From: an uncultured Mailhella sp.
Lineage (GTDB): Bacteria; Desulfobacterota; Desulfovibrionia; Desulfovibrionales; Desulfovibrionaceae
NCBI RefSeq assembly: GCF_944324615.1
Contig: NZ_CALUWY010000003.1
Span: forward strand, 20,559 to 84,558
Direction of reading: 5' to 3'
DNA length: 64,000 bases
The notes beneath the pieces were generated by a model. The model was given only the letters and a program-made list of their open reading frames with translations, had not been told where the DNA came from and ran no database searches. This document shows positions 31,391 through 40,349 of this stretch, in pieces; position 1 is the stretch's first letter; every line of letters starts with the position of its first letter. The position numbers were made by a program, and so were the translations under genes.

Positions 31391-31421
31391 TTGACGGTGA
31401 TATGAGAAAAATATATATAAT
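31391..31421 (+). promoter_or_regulatory. Candidate sigma70 promoter for tolC-lapG-receptor unit
   Basis: TTGACG at 31391 and TATAAT at 31416 (TATATA at 17-bp spacing) in an AT-rich intergenic region. Confidence 0.5.
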
Positions 31422-31617
31422 AGTATACAAATTTTATAAGTGTTTCTGAGGAGATGGAAAAATCGCAGCTTTGTCTGCGCCGCAGGGCGCAGTGTTTTTC
31501 CCGGTTTTGCGTCTGGTATGAGTTCATATTTCGTGCATGTTTCCTGCCGATGTGTCTCCCCCCCGGGGGGGGAAATTCTGGGGAGAAAGCATTGCGAACA
31601 AACCGATCGGAGGATGT

Positions 31618-32982
31618 ATGAAACCTTTGTTCACCGTTTTTGTTTCCGGCTGTCTCGGCGTCATGCTCTGCGTCCCTGCGCTGGCGGCAGGAGATGCACC
31701 CACTTCCCTGAAGCAGTCCATTGAGTCCATGCTGAACACCAACAATTCCCTGAAGGCCATTCAGGAAAACCGCAGCGCGGTCGGCCATGAGGTCGACAGG
31801 GCGAAGGCCGGTTACGGTCCCAGAGTTGATCTTACGGCGAGGGGCGGCTTCGGCAAGCTTACCGACAGCACGACCCGTTCCTACGGCTATAATGATGTGG
31901 CGCCCTATTCCTCCGCTTCGCTTCTGGTGACCCAGCCTCTGTGGGACGGCTGGCTGACCCGCGGCCGCGTGCGCGAGGCCGAGGCCACCTACCGTTCGCT
32001 GGATCATCGTGTGCTGGACAACGCCAATACGCTGGCGCTTGACGCCATCATCGCCCATGTGGACGTGCTGCGCCGTCAGCAGATCTATAAACTCGCCCAG
32101 GACAACGTGGCGAGCCATGAGGACATTCTTGCCAAGGCCCGCGCCCGCGAAGCGCAGGGCGTGGACACCATGGCCGACGTTTCCCAGGCGCAGAGCCGTC
32201 TTTCCCGCGCCCGTTCCACCCTTACCGAAGCCCGCGCCTCCCTGCGCATAGGTGAAGACACCTATACCCGCCTCACCGGCCGTTCCGCCATGAATCTCGG
32301 CCCGGTGAACATGCCTGCCAAGATGTTCAAGAATGCCGATGAAGTGCTCAAGGCCGCCCAGAAGGGTAACCCCAAGGTTGCCGCGTATCTGGAAGACGTG
32401 AAGGCCGCCAGAGCCGTCAGGGAACAGGTGCAGTCCGCCTACAGCCCTTCCCTCAGCCTTGAAGCCGGGCCTTCCTACTCCGACCGCGACGGCAAGAGCG
32501 AACTGTGGACCGCGGAATTCGGCGTAGCCGCCGTGGTGCGCTGGAATCTGTTCAACAGCGGCGCCGACGTGGCGGAAAGCAAGGCCGCCGCGGCCCGCAT
32601 CCGTCAGAGCCGCCAGGTGCTTTACGACTACATGGACGATCTGAAGCTCAACGTGGAAGAAAGCTGGACGCAGCTTCTTTCCGCCCAGAAGCAGCTTGAG
32701 CATTACCGCGAAGCCATCGAGTACAACAAGACCACGCGCAGCGCCTACGAAGAGCAGTTCGTGCTCGGCGAACGCAGCCTGCTCGACGTGCTGGATGCGG
32801 AAAACGAACTGTTCAACTCCTCCACGCAGGCCGCCACGGCTCTGGGCAACACCCTCATCGCCGCCTACCGTATGAAGGCCCTTGCCGGTGATCTTCTGCC
32901 CAGCCTGGGCATCAAGACCGACATGCTCAAGGTGACTCCTCACGACAGCGAGCCTCTCGATCAGATCACCATGCCGGAATAA
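31618..32982 (+). CDS. TolC family T1SS outer membrane protein (LapE/AggA-like)
   Basis: Signal peptide, AKAGYGPRVDL, QPLWDG, WNLFNSG, QFVLGERSLLDVLDAENELF; start at ATG 31618 after GGAGG. Confidence 0.93.
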   Translation: MKPLFTVFVSGCLGVMLCVPALAAGDAPTSLKQSIESMLNTNNSLKAIQENRSAVGHEVDRAKAGYGPRVDLTARGGFGKLTDSTTRSYGYNDVAPYSSASLLVTQPLWDGWLTRGRVREAEATYRSLDHRVLDNANTLALDAIIAHVDVLRRQQIYKLAQDNVASHEDILAKARAREAQGVDTMADVSQAQSRLSRARSTLTEARASLRIGEDTYTRLTGRSAMNLGPVNMPAKMFKNADEVLKAAQKGNPKVAAYLEDVKAARAVREQVQSAYSPSLSLEAGPSYSDRDGKSELWTAEFGVAAVVRWNLFNSGADVAESKAAAARIRQSRQVLYDYMDDLKLNVEESWTQLLSAQKQLEHYREAIEYNKTTRSAYEEQFVLGERSLLDVLDAENELFNSSTQAATALGNTLIAAYRMKALAGDLLPSLGIKTDMLKVTPHDSEPLDQITMPE

Positions 32983-32993
32983 GAGCGTACAAG

Positions 32994-33018
32994 AGCCGGA
33001 GGATCTCCTCCGGCTTTT
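32994..33018 (+). terminator. Hairpin terminator after TolC gene
   Basis: AGCCGGAGG-atct-CCTCCGGCT followed by TTT. Confidence 0.6.
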
Positions 33019-33104
33019 CTGACCCGGCTCTGGAAAGTATCCTTTACAGGGCCGGGTTCGGACATTAATCTTCCGGCAGAAGAAAAGGGGGATGTGGAGT
33101 ACCC

Positions 33105-33761
33105 ATGGGGATTCTGGCGCACATGGCACATGTCGGGCGTATGCTTGCGCTTTTGCTGTGCGTGACCTGTACACTGGCGTATGTTCCGTTCCTCGCCTCC
33201 TCCGCACAGGCCAGGCCGCGCCTGTTCGGAACGGTGGAATTTCAAATGGAGCTGAAAAAGCAGAAGAACTGGCTTTCCGCTATAGAAAGAAACCGGAAGA
33301 AACCGATTTTTTTCGACGAGAACCGTTTCAACTCCTCCACGCTCTGGAAGGATCTGAGACAAAAGGCGGAAGGCAGACCCTTCCGGGAAAAGCTTGATAT
33401 CGTCAACAGGTTCTGGAACAGGTGGCCCTACCGTACCGACCAGGAAGTGTACAGAAAGCAGGACTACTGGGCCGCTCCCTATGAATTTCTGAGCAAGTCC
33501 GGCGACTGCGAGGATTACTGCATCGTCAAGTACTATACGCTCAAGGAACTCGGCGTGCCGGTGGACGACATGCGCATCGTGGTGGTGCGGGAAACCATCC
33601 GCAACATAGGCCATGCCATACTTGCCGTGTACCAGGGCGATGATATTTATATTCTGGACAATCTTTCCGATTCCGTGCGGCCGGCGCAGAGAGTGCGCAA
33701 CTACGCGCCGCAGTTTTCGGTGAACGAGAAATACCGCTGGGTTCATGTAAAGCCGCGCTAG
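33105..33761 (+). CDS. LapG-like transglutaminase-like cysteine protease (BTLCP)
   Basis: Signal/anchor, VN.FWN, DYWAAP.EF, GDCEDY (Cys), GHAILAV (His), ILDN (Asp), P.FSVN. Confidence 0.9.
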   Translation: MGILAHMAHVGRMLALLLCVTCTLAYVPFLASSAQARPRLFGTVEFQMELKKQKNWLSAIERNRKKPIFFDENRFNSSTLWKDLRQKAEGRPFREKLDIVNRFWNRWPYRTDQEVYRKQDYWAAPYEFLSKSGDCEDYCIVKYYTLKELGVPVDDMRIVVVRETIRNIGHAILAVYQGDDIYILDNLSDSVRPAQRVRNYAPQFSVNEKYRWVHVKPR

Positions 33762-33827
33762 CGCAGGTACCGACGCGGACCCGGCGAAGAGAGAAGACGT
33801 TTTCCGCAGAGAGGATGGAGGAGACCT

Positions 33828-35891
33828 ATGAACAGCCCGAAACAGGCCGGATATTCCGGTTTTTCCAAAAAATCGGCTATTCTGGCCGCGCTTTGTCTTG
33901 TGCTTGTTTCAGGGGGGGTAGCCCTGTTCTTCTGTTTTTCCCAGCTGGAAAACAGGCGGCTTGAGCTGCTGGAACGCTATGAGCAGAACGTGTCCTCCTG
34001 GCTGGATGATGCCGTCCGGGCCATCGATATATGGAATACGGACATGCAGAAGCTCAGGCTGCGCGTGAGCGCTTCAGAAACGTACCGGCTTTTCTCCTCC
34101 GACCTCTTTGGGCTGGATAAAGCCGTGGCGGGCAGCATCAACAACGCCGATCACGGCATCAGCTTTTCCGGCAGCGCGGCCGTGCTTTCCGAGGAAGTGC
34201 CCGCCATCCGCAGAATACTGCTTGAATTCATGAATTATAACGGCCTGCTGGATGCGCGCCTCGTCAACCGCGAAGGTCAGACCATTCTTTCCGCGCTGAG
34301 CACGCCTTCTCCGCTTTCCGCCGCTCAGGCCCGGGCCGCCGTGCAGGCCATGGAAACGGGAAAAACCGCGTTTCTGCCCGTGAGGGCCTGTCCCAACGGT
34401 CTGGCGCTGGATGTGTTTGAACCTGTGTCCGACCTGGAAAATCCCGAAAAGCGCGTGGCCGTGTTCATGTCCACCACGCCGGTGCTTGCCAAGGTGTCGC
34501 AGTTCACCGCGCGCCCCAAGCAGAACGACCTTTCGGTTTCCTACATCATGCAGCGCAACGGCGATGCCTGGGAATTGCTGCATGTGCCCGCGCCCGTGGC
34601 GCTGGCCGCGGATTCGGCGCGTCAGTTCACCGAGTCCGGCGGTTCGCTTCCCTTTGCCCTGCGCAGGAGCGTGTCGCAGGACAGTATGGTGTATTCCATG
34701 TCCGTGTTCATTCCCGGGCTGGACTGGAGCATCATTCATGAAACGCCCGTAGCCGCCGTGGACAGGCTGCTTTTCCGGGCCGAACTTCCCGTCTATGTGG
34801 GCGGCGTGCTCGGCTGGCTGAGCTTCATACTGCTCTGCGGACTGCTGTGGTGGATGGGACTCGGCCGTCAGCAGCGGGCCGTGACGGCCGAACTGCAGCG
34901 CCTCAATCAGCTCGTTTCCCGCCAGAAGGAACTTCTGGACAGCGTGAACACTTCTCTGGACATCGGCCTGTTCATGGCCGACGTGAAGGGGCAGATCCAT
35001 ATCTGCAACCCCGCATTTGCCTCCATTATCGGCAGACAGGTGCAGGACGTGGAAGAGCAGATGCTCTTTTCCTGCTTCCCCGTGGATACGGCTTCGGAAC
35101 TTCTCGACCGCATCCGCCAGGTGGCCATCAACAACCGGGATCAGGGCTGTGAAGTGTATTTGGAGCATGACGGAGAAAAGCGCCTGTACCGTGTGACGCT
35201 CTTCCCCTTCCTTGATTCCAGCGAAAGCCGCATGCGCGAAAGCATGCGCGGCGCCGTGGTCAGTATGAAGGACATCACGGAATTCCGGCGGCGCAGCGAC
35301 CGCATGCGTCAGCAGCAGAGGAGCCTTATCGAGGCCTTCACCCGCGCCGAGGAAAGCGTCGATCCCTACCTTGCCGGGCATTCGCACCGCATGGCCAGGC
35401 TGGGCGAGCTGGTGGCGAAGAGCATGGGCCTTTCCGAAGACGGCAGAAATACCGTGGTCATGGGCGCCATGCTTTCCCAGGTGGGCAAGCTCTTCATTCC
35501 CCGAGAACTTCTGACCAAGAAGGGCAGGCTTACGCCTGAGGAACTGGAGGAAGTGCGCAAGGTTCCGGAACATGCCTGCAACCTTCTGGAAAATATCGAC
35601 TTTGATCTGCCCATCGCCAGGGCGCTTCATGAAATGTACGAGAACATGGACGGTTCGGGTTATCCGCGCCATCTTGCCGGAGAGGACATCCTGCCCGAAG
35701 CCCGCGTGCTTTCCGTGCTCAACGCCTTCTGCGCCATGGTGAGTTCCCGTTCCTACCGTGAGGGCATGAGCTGGGAAAAGGCCATTGCCGCTCTGGAAGG
35801 CAGCCCCAGCTTCGACCAGAACGTGGTGGCGCACCTGAAGAAGGTGCTGGAAACGCCGGAAGGGCTGTATGCGGCCCACTCTGGAAACTGA
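33828..35891 (+). CDS. Membrane PAS/degenerate HD-GYP protein (LapD functional analogue)
   Basis: Two TMs around a large periplasmic domain, coiled coil, PAS, then an HD-GYP fold with LSQVGK (HD lost), MYE (HHE lost) and DGSGYP retained. Confidence 0.85.
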   Translation: MNSPKQAGYSGFSKKSAILAALCLVLVSGGVALFFCFSQLENRRLELLERYEQNVSSWLDDAVRAIDIWNTDMQKLRLRVSASETYRLFSSDLFGLDKAVAGSINNADHGISFSGSAAVLSEEVPAIRRILLEFMNYNGLLDARLVNREGQTILSALSTPSPLSAAQARAAVQAMETGKTAFLPVRACPNGLALDVFEPVSDLENPEKRVAVFMSTTPVLAKVSQFTARPKQNDLSVSYIMQRNGDAWELLHVPAPVALAADSARQFTESGGSLPFALRRSVSQDSMVYSMSVFIPGLDWSIIHETPVAAVDRLLFRAELPVYVGGVLGWLSFILLCGLLWWMGLGRQQRAVTAELQRLNQLVSRQKELLDSVNTSLDIGLFMADVKGQIHICNPAFASIIGRQVQDVEEQMLFSCFPVDTASELLDRIRQVAINNRDQGCEVYLEHDGEKRLYRVTLFPFLDSSESRMRESMRGAVVSMKDITEFRRRSDRMRQQQRSLIEAFTRAEESVDPYLAGHSHRMARLGELVAKSMGLSEDGRNTVVMGAMLSQVGKLFIPRELLTKKGRLTPEELEEVRKVPEHACNLLENIDFDLPIARALHEMYENMDGSGYPRHLAGEDILPEARVLSVLNAFCAMVSSRSYREGMSWEKAIAALEGSPSFDQNVVAHLKKVLETPEGLYAAHSGN

Positions 35892-35984
35892 GAAAGGAAC
35901 GCCCCCCTGCCGTCCGCCGGACGGCAGGGGCACGGGATGAGAAAGGCCTTCAGGCAGTTGAGGGAGCGGAAGCGACCGAAACAG

Positions 35985-36720
35985 AAAAACACCCGCTCAG
36001 CGGGTGGAGGCCAAAACGGTTATACCTGAAAAAACACCTTTTCGACAAGACGGAGTTGTCCAGGCTCCCGTCCCCATCGAAAAGGTGTTTTTTTTATGGC
36101 GAAAGAACAACATCTGGCGCATACGAAACGGCCGTGCAGGTACCATATGGTCTTCACCCCGAAGTACAGGAGAAACGTGATTTACGGGCAATACCGTGAG
36201 GAGACAGGAAAAATCATACGACAGCTTTTGTCGTTGCAAGGGAAGGGAAATGATGGAGGGATATAGGATGATGGACCATGTGCATATGCCTGTCATGATA
36301 CCGCCAAAGCATGCGCTGTCGTCGGTTACGGGGTATATCAAGGGTAAAAGTTCCCTGATGATTGTTGATGAATGTTCCCGGCGGAAATACCGGTATGGCA
36401 ACCGGAGATTCCGGAGCGTGGGATATGACGTCGGCACAGCAGGTTTGAACGAAGCAAGAATCAGGAAATAGATACGGGAGCAGGATGGAGAAGATATCAT
36501 GCCAGATAAGAGAACGGTCAGGGAATATACGGATCCGTTCCGTACGAAGCAGGGAAAGCTCCTTGAGGAGCAGGCTGCGGGTCAAAGGACATGGGGCTTG
36601 AACTGTTGAAAAAGAGAGGGCGCCGACCAGAGAAGTTCAAGCCGGAGCCCTTAATGCGTGGGTAAGCAACAAGCCCTTGCAGGGCTGAACAAGCCGCCTG
36701 TTTTACGGGTGGTCCTGACT
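35985..36720 (+). mobile_element. IS200-family element remnant 1
   Basis: Left hairpin CACCCGCTCAGCGGGTG, leader inverted repeat AAAAAACACCTTTTCGA/TCGAAAAGGTGTTTTTT, right end ...TTTTACGGGTGGTCCTGACT; boundaries approximate. Confidence 0.75.
36096..36575 (+). pseudogene. tnpA: IS200/IS605 TnpA (Y1 HUH transposase) pseudogene
   Basis: MAKEQHLAHTKRPCRYHMVFTPKYRR, frameshift near 36240, DHVHM, GYIKGKSSLMI, TAG at 36469-36471 where the catalytic Tyr is expected (IRK*IREQ). Confidence 0.9.
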
Positions 36721-37240
36721 AAAAGCCCCCCCCGCCGGGCTGGGGGTTCCCGAAAACGTATAGTTATGCATAAGTGATAACCACTCCTTTTGATTTGCTG
36801 AGAAAGAGGTGCGGTCCGGCAACTGTGCCCATAAGCACATCAAAAAGGTCACCATGGGAGACACAGAGAAGTTGGCGCATACGAAAGATACGTGTATCGG
36901 CGTTTGTGGGACAGGTGAAAGGAAAGAGCAGCCTGATGATATAGGAACAGTTCGGTGAGCTGAAGTTCACCTGTCGTCATCGGGAGTTCTGGCGCCGTGG
37001 TGACCATGTCGACACGGCAGGCAGGAATAAGGCAAAGATGGCCGGATACATCAGGCATCAACCGGCCGGGGACAAACGCGGAGACCGGTTGAGCATCCCA
37101 TACGCCGGAAGCCCGTTGACGGGCCGCCGGCAACAGAAATGCAGATGTCAGATCGTAGATGCGCCTGTTAGGGCGCGGCTGGTAAGAAAGCCTTACAGGT
37201 GCATAAGAGGAAGCACCGGCTATGCCGGTGGGGTCCCATT
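36721..37240 (+). mobile_element. IS200-family element remnant 2 (internally deleted tnpA)
   Basis: Left hairpin CCCCCCCGCCGGGCTGGGGG, IS200-type leader (CTTTTGATTTG...GCGGTCCGGCAACTG...CATCAAAAAGG), ATG 36854 MGDTEKLAHT joined to VSAFVGQVKGKSSLMI*EQFGELKF...REFW...LSIPYAGSPLTGR, right hairpin CACCGGCTATGCCGGTG. Confidence 0.8.
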
Positions 37241-37324
37241 TGTCTTTGATGAGCGGCTGGACGCCGTGCCGCATGCGGCGGAAAGGTCCTTTTCCGGCTT
37301 CATGCGGCTTTCGGGCGGGGCGTG

Positions 37325-38281
37325 TCAGTCTGCGGTGATGATGCGGTTGCGCCCCGTGCTTTTGCCTTCGTACATGCGTTTGTCGGCCAGTATGAACATG
37401 GCGCTCCACACGTCGAAATCGTCCTTCACGCTTTGCAGCGTTTCACTCATGCAGGCGCAGCCTATGGTGAAGGAAAAGGGTATGGTGCGCCCGTCGTCCA
37501 TGACGACGTTTTTCCGCATGGAGGCGTCGAGCTTTCTCAGCCGCTCGCAGAAAGCCTCATAGCTGTCCGCCATGGCGGTGATGACGAATTCGTCGCCCCC
37601 GTAGCGGGTGAGGAAGCTGTGATGCTGCGTGTCGAAGTACTTCAGCCAGAACAGGCAGCAGCTCCGCAACACCTCGTCGCCGATGGCATGACCGTATTTG
37701 TCGTTGATGTGCTTGAAGTTGTCCATATCGAGCAGGGCGATGCACAGTTCCTTGCCCACGTTTTTCGCTTCCTGCACATAGAGATGAAAGTTGTTGTTCA
37801 GGTAATGGCGGCTGTAGCATTGCGTCAGCGGGTCGCGCAGAAGGCGGGCGTTCTCTTCCTGCAGACGCCATATTTCACCAAGAACGCGCTCTTCATGGTT
37901 CAGGCTGGGCATACCCGTGATTTCAGCAATCATTTCCAGCGAATAGTCCTTGCCGTTCAGGCGGACGCACTTGGCGAAAACGATAAAGGGGCGCCCGTCG
38001 AGGGATTCGATCTTCGCGCCGGGAGTACGGGAACGCGAAACCTCGCGGGAAAGGCAGTAATCACAGCAGGATGAACGCTTCCATGTACGGAAGCAGGCCT
38101 CTTTAAAAGAGATACTGTCGCCTTCAATATGGCAGGTACGACAGTCCTCCGGTGACACAAGACGCACCAGCGTGAAGGTCTGCCGGAGAACATCCATTTC
38201 TTCCAGAAGCTTACGGACAGTATATTGATATTTTAAAGAATGCTCCTGCATCGCATGCCTTCCTTGCGGTATTTGAAACAT
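37325..38281 (-). CDS. Diguanylate cyclase (GGDEF) with Cys-rich N-terminal region
   Basis: DPLTQCYSR, DMDNFKHINDKYGH.IGD, RYGGDEF; no RxxD I-site; start may be 38251. Confidence 0.9.
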   Translation of the reverse strand: MFQIPQGRHAMQEHSLKYQYTVRKLLEEMDVLRQTFTLVRLVSPEDCRTCHIEGDSISFKEACFRTWKRSSCCDYCLSREVSRSRTPGAKIESLDGRPFIVFAKCVRLNGKDYSLEMIAEITGMPSLNHEERVLGEIWRLQEENARLLRDPLTQCYSRHYLNNNFHLYVQEAKNVGKELCIALLDMDNFKHINDKYGHAIGDEVLRSCCLFWLKYFDTQHHSFLTRYGGDEFVITAMADSYEAFCERLRKLDASMRKNVVMDDGRTIPFSFTIGCACMSETLQSVKDDFDVWSAMFILADKRMYEGKSTGRNRIITAD

Positions 38282-38742
38282 TCTGAGGCGGTCTATTTAA
38301 TATCACCACGAAAATATAAAAGTCAAGTTACAGGTAAATATGATTCATGTCTGATGAAAGAAGAGTATTTTGTGAATATGTGTTGAAATTATATTTCAAA
38401 ATTATGTGTCTGCGCAAGTGTGATGTATACAAGCCCTTCCGGGGGAAGATGCCGGCATCATGTATCATTGTCTTTTGACGGGGAACGAGGAAAAGAACAG
38501 GGATTTTTTTATCATCAGAAGGTGTTTTCTTTTTGTTAAAGGGGAGGCGGGCGTCTTTTTCCCGGAGAATCGATGTTTTTCCCGCAGGGAGGCCGGGGAA
38601 ACAGATGTGCGGGGAAAGGGGATTTTTTCACAGCCGGAAAGCGGCGGTTCTTCGCACATGACAAATCGCCGCGCAAAGGATATAAAGGTGAAAGACCATT
38701 TCGGCCGGAGGCGGACGTTCCGGCCGGGGGAGGAGAGAGAGC

Positions 38743-39837
38743 ATGTTTCCGTTTCCCCAGCAGGAACAGCAGACCGGCACACTTCTGATCGTTGATGACA
38801 ACGACATCAACCGCGCACTTCTGGAGCATATTTTTTCTTCCTTCTATCCTGCGGAGCAGGCGGAAAACGGCAGGGTGGGGCTGGATGCCATACTGGCCGC
38901 GCCCGAGAAGTACTGTGCCGTGCTTCTGGATGTGGTGATGCCGGAAATGGACGGCATCGAGGTGCTCAGGCGCATGCAGGCGGAAGGACTCACCGGGAAG
39001 ATTCCCGCTTTTCTCATTACCGGGGAGGCAAGCGACGCCGTCACGCGGGAGGCCTACGAGCTGGGCGTGATGGACGTGATCAGCAAGCCCGTGGTGCCCT
39101 ATGTGGTGCAGCGGCGGGTGAATTCCGTGGTAGAACTTTTCCGGGCGAGAAAGATTCTGGGCAACAAGGTGGAAGAGCAGCAGTCGGAACTGCTGCTTCA
39201 GGCGCAGAAGATCATCCGGCTCAATGAGGGGATGATAGAATCGCTGTCCACGGCCATCGAATTCCGCAACGGGGAATCGGGCGAGCATGTCCGCCGCATA
39301 CACGACATCACGCGTTTTCTGCTCCTTCATACCGACCTCGGCAACGGCCTGAACTCCGCAGACATAGAGCACATTGCCCTTGCCTCCATCATGCACGACG
39401 TGGGCAAGATCGCCATTCCCGATTCCATACTGAACAAACCCGGCAGGCTCACGCCGGAGGAATTTGAAGTCATCAAGACCCATACCACCCAGGGCGCGGA
39501 ACTGTTGAAGAAGATTCCGCAACTGCGCGAACATGAGTCCTACAGGTACGCCTACGACATCGCCCGCCACCACCATGAGCGCTGGGACGGCCGGGGCTAT
39601 CCCGACGGGCTCAAGGGTGACGAGATTTCCATCTGGGCGCAGATCGTCTCTTTGGCGGACGTGTACGACGCCCTGGTGAGCAAGCGTTGTTACAAGGGCG
39701 CCTTCAGCCGTGCCGAAGCTCTGAAGATGATTCGTGAACACCAGTGCGGGGTGTTCAATCCGCTGCTGCTGGACCGTTTCTTCGCCGTGGAAGAGAAACT
39801 GGCCCAGCTGTATATCCACAGCCCGAAGGAGGACTGA
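38743..39837 (+). CDS. Response regulator with HD-GYP c-di-GMP phosphodiesterase domain (RpfG-like)
   Basis: REC (IVDD, LLDVVMP, ISKP) and intact EH..R, MHDVGK, KTH, HHERWDGRGYP, ADVYDAL. Confidence 0.93.
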   Translation: MFPFPQQEQQTGTLLIVDDNDINRALLEHIFSSFYPAEQAENGRVGLDAILAAPEKYCAVLLDVVMPEMDGIEVLRRMQAEGLTGKIPAFLITGEASDAVTREAYELGVMDVISKPVVPYVVQRRVNSVVELFRARKILGNKVEEQQSELLLQAQKIIRLNEGMIESLSTAIEFRNGESGEHVRRIHDITRFLLLHTDLGNGLNSADIEHIALASIMHDVGKIAIPDSILNKPGRLTPEEFEVIKTHTTQGAELLKKIPQLREHESYRYAYDIARHHHERWDGRGYPDGLKGDEISIWAQIVSLADVYDALVSKRCYKGAFSRAEALKMIREHQCGVFNPLLLDRFFAVEEKLAQLYIHSPKED

Positions 39838-39840
39838 GAC

Positions 39841-40200
39841 ATGGACGCACAGGTGAAGGAAACGCTTGCGGCCGGAGGCATTGATGTGGACGGCATGCTG
39901 GAGCGCTGCATGGGGAGCGAGGCCATCATGGGAAAGCTTCTGAAGAAGTTCCCGGCGGACACGACCTATGTCGCACTGGAAAGGGCCTTCGAGGCCCAGG
40001 ATGCACAGGCCGCGCTGGAAGCTTCGCATACGCTCAAGGGCGTGTGCGGCAATCTTTCCCTTTCGGCGCTGTATGAGCTTATGAACCTGCAGGTGCAGGC
40101 CCTGCGCGAGGGCGACATGCAGGGCGCGGGCGACATGATGCCCGATATCTCCCTGGCGTACGCCGCGGCCGTGCAGGCCATAGAAAAAAGTTTCAGCTGA
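39841..40200 (+). CDS. Hpt phosphotransfer protein
   Basis: 119 aa helical protein with ASHTLKGVCGNL. Confidence 0.9.
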   Translation: MDAQVKETLAAGGIDVDGMLERCMGSEAIMGKLLKKFPADTTYVALERAFEAQDAQAALEASHTLKGVCGNLSLSALYELMNLQVQALREGDMQGAGDMMPDISLAYAAAVQAIEKSFS

Positions 40201-40349
40201 GAAGGGCCGTACGCAGAACGGACCTTTCAGGGCGTGCAGTCCGGCCTCGGACAGGAAGGGGAACCTTCTCTTTGCCTGAGGTTGTTCCGCAGGCGCGCTT
40301 TTTTCCCTTTGCGTACCTTGTGGCGGGCCTTCAACCCAGAGGAAAAGAT

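Noticed and set aside
30909-31617. c-di-GMP riboswitch or small gene in the T1SS intergenic gap
   Set aside because: No riboswitch motif; the short ORFs look non-coding; best explained as a promoter region.
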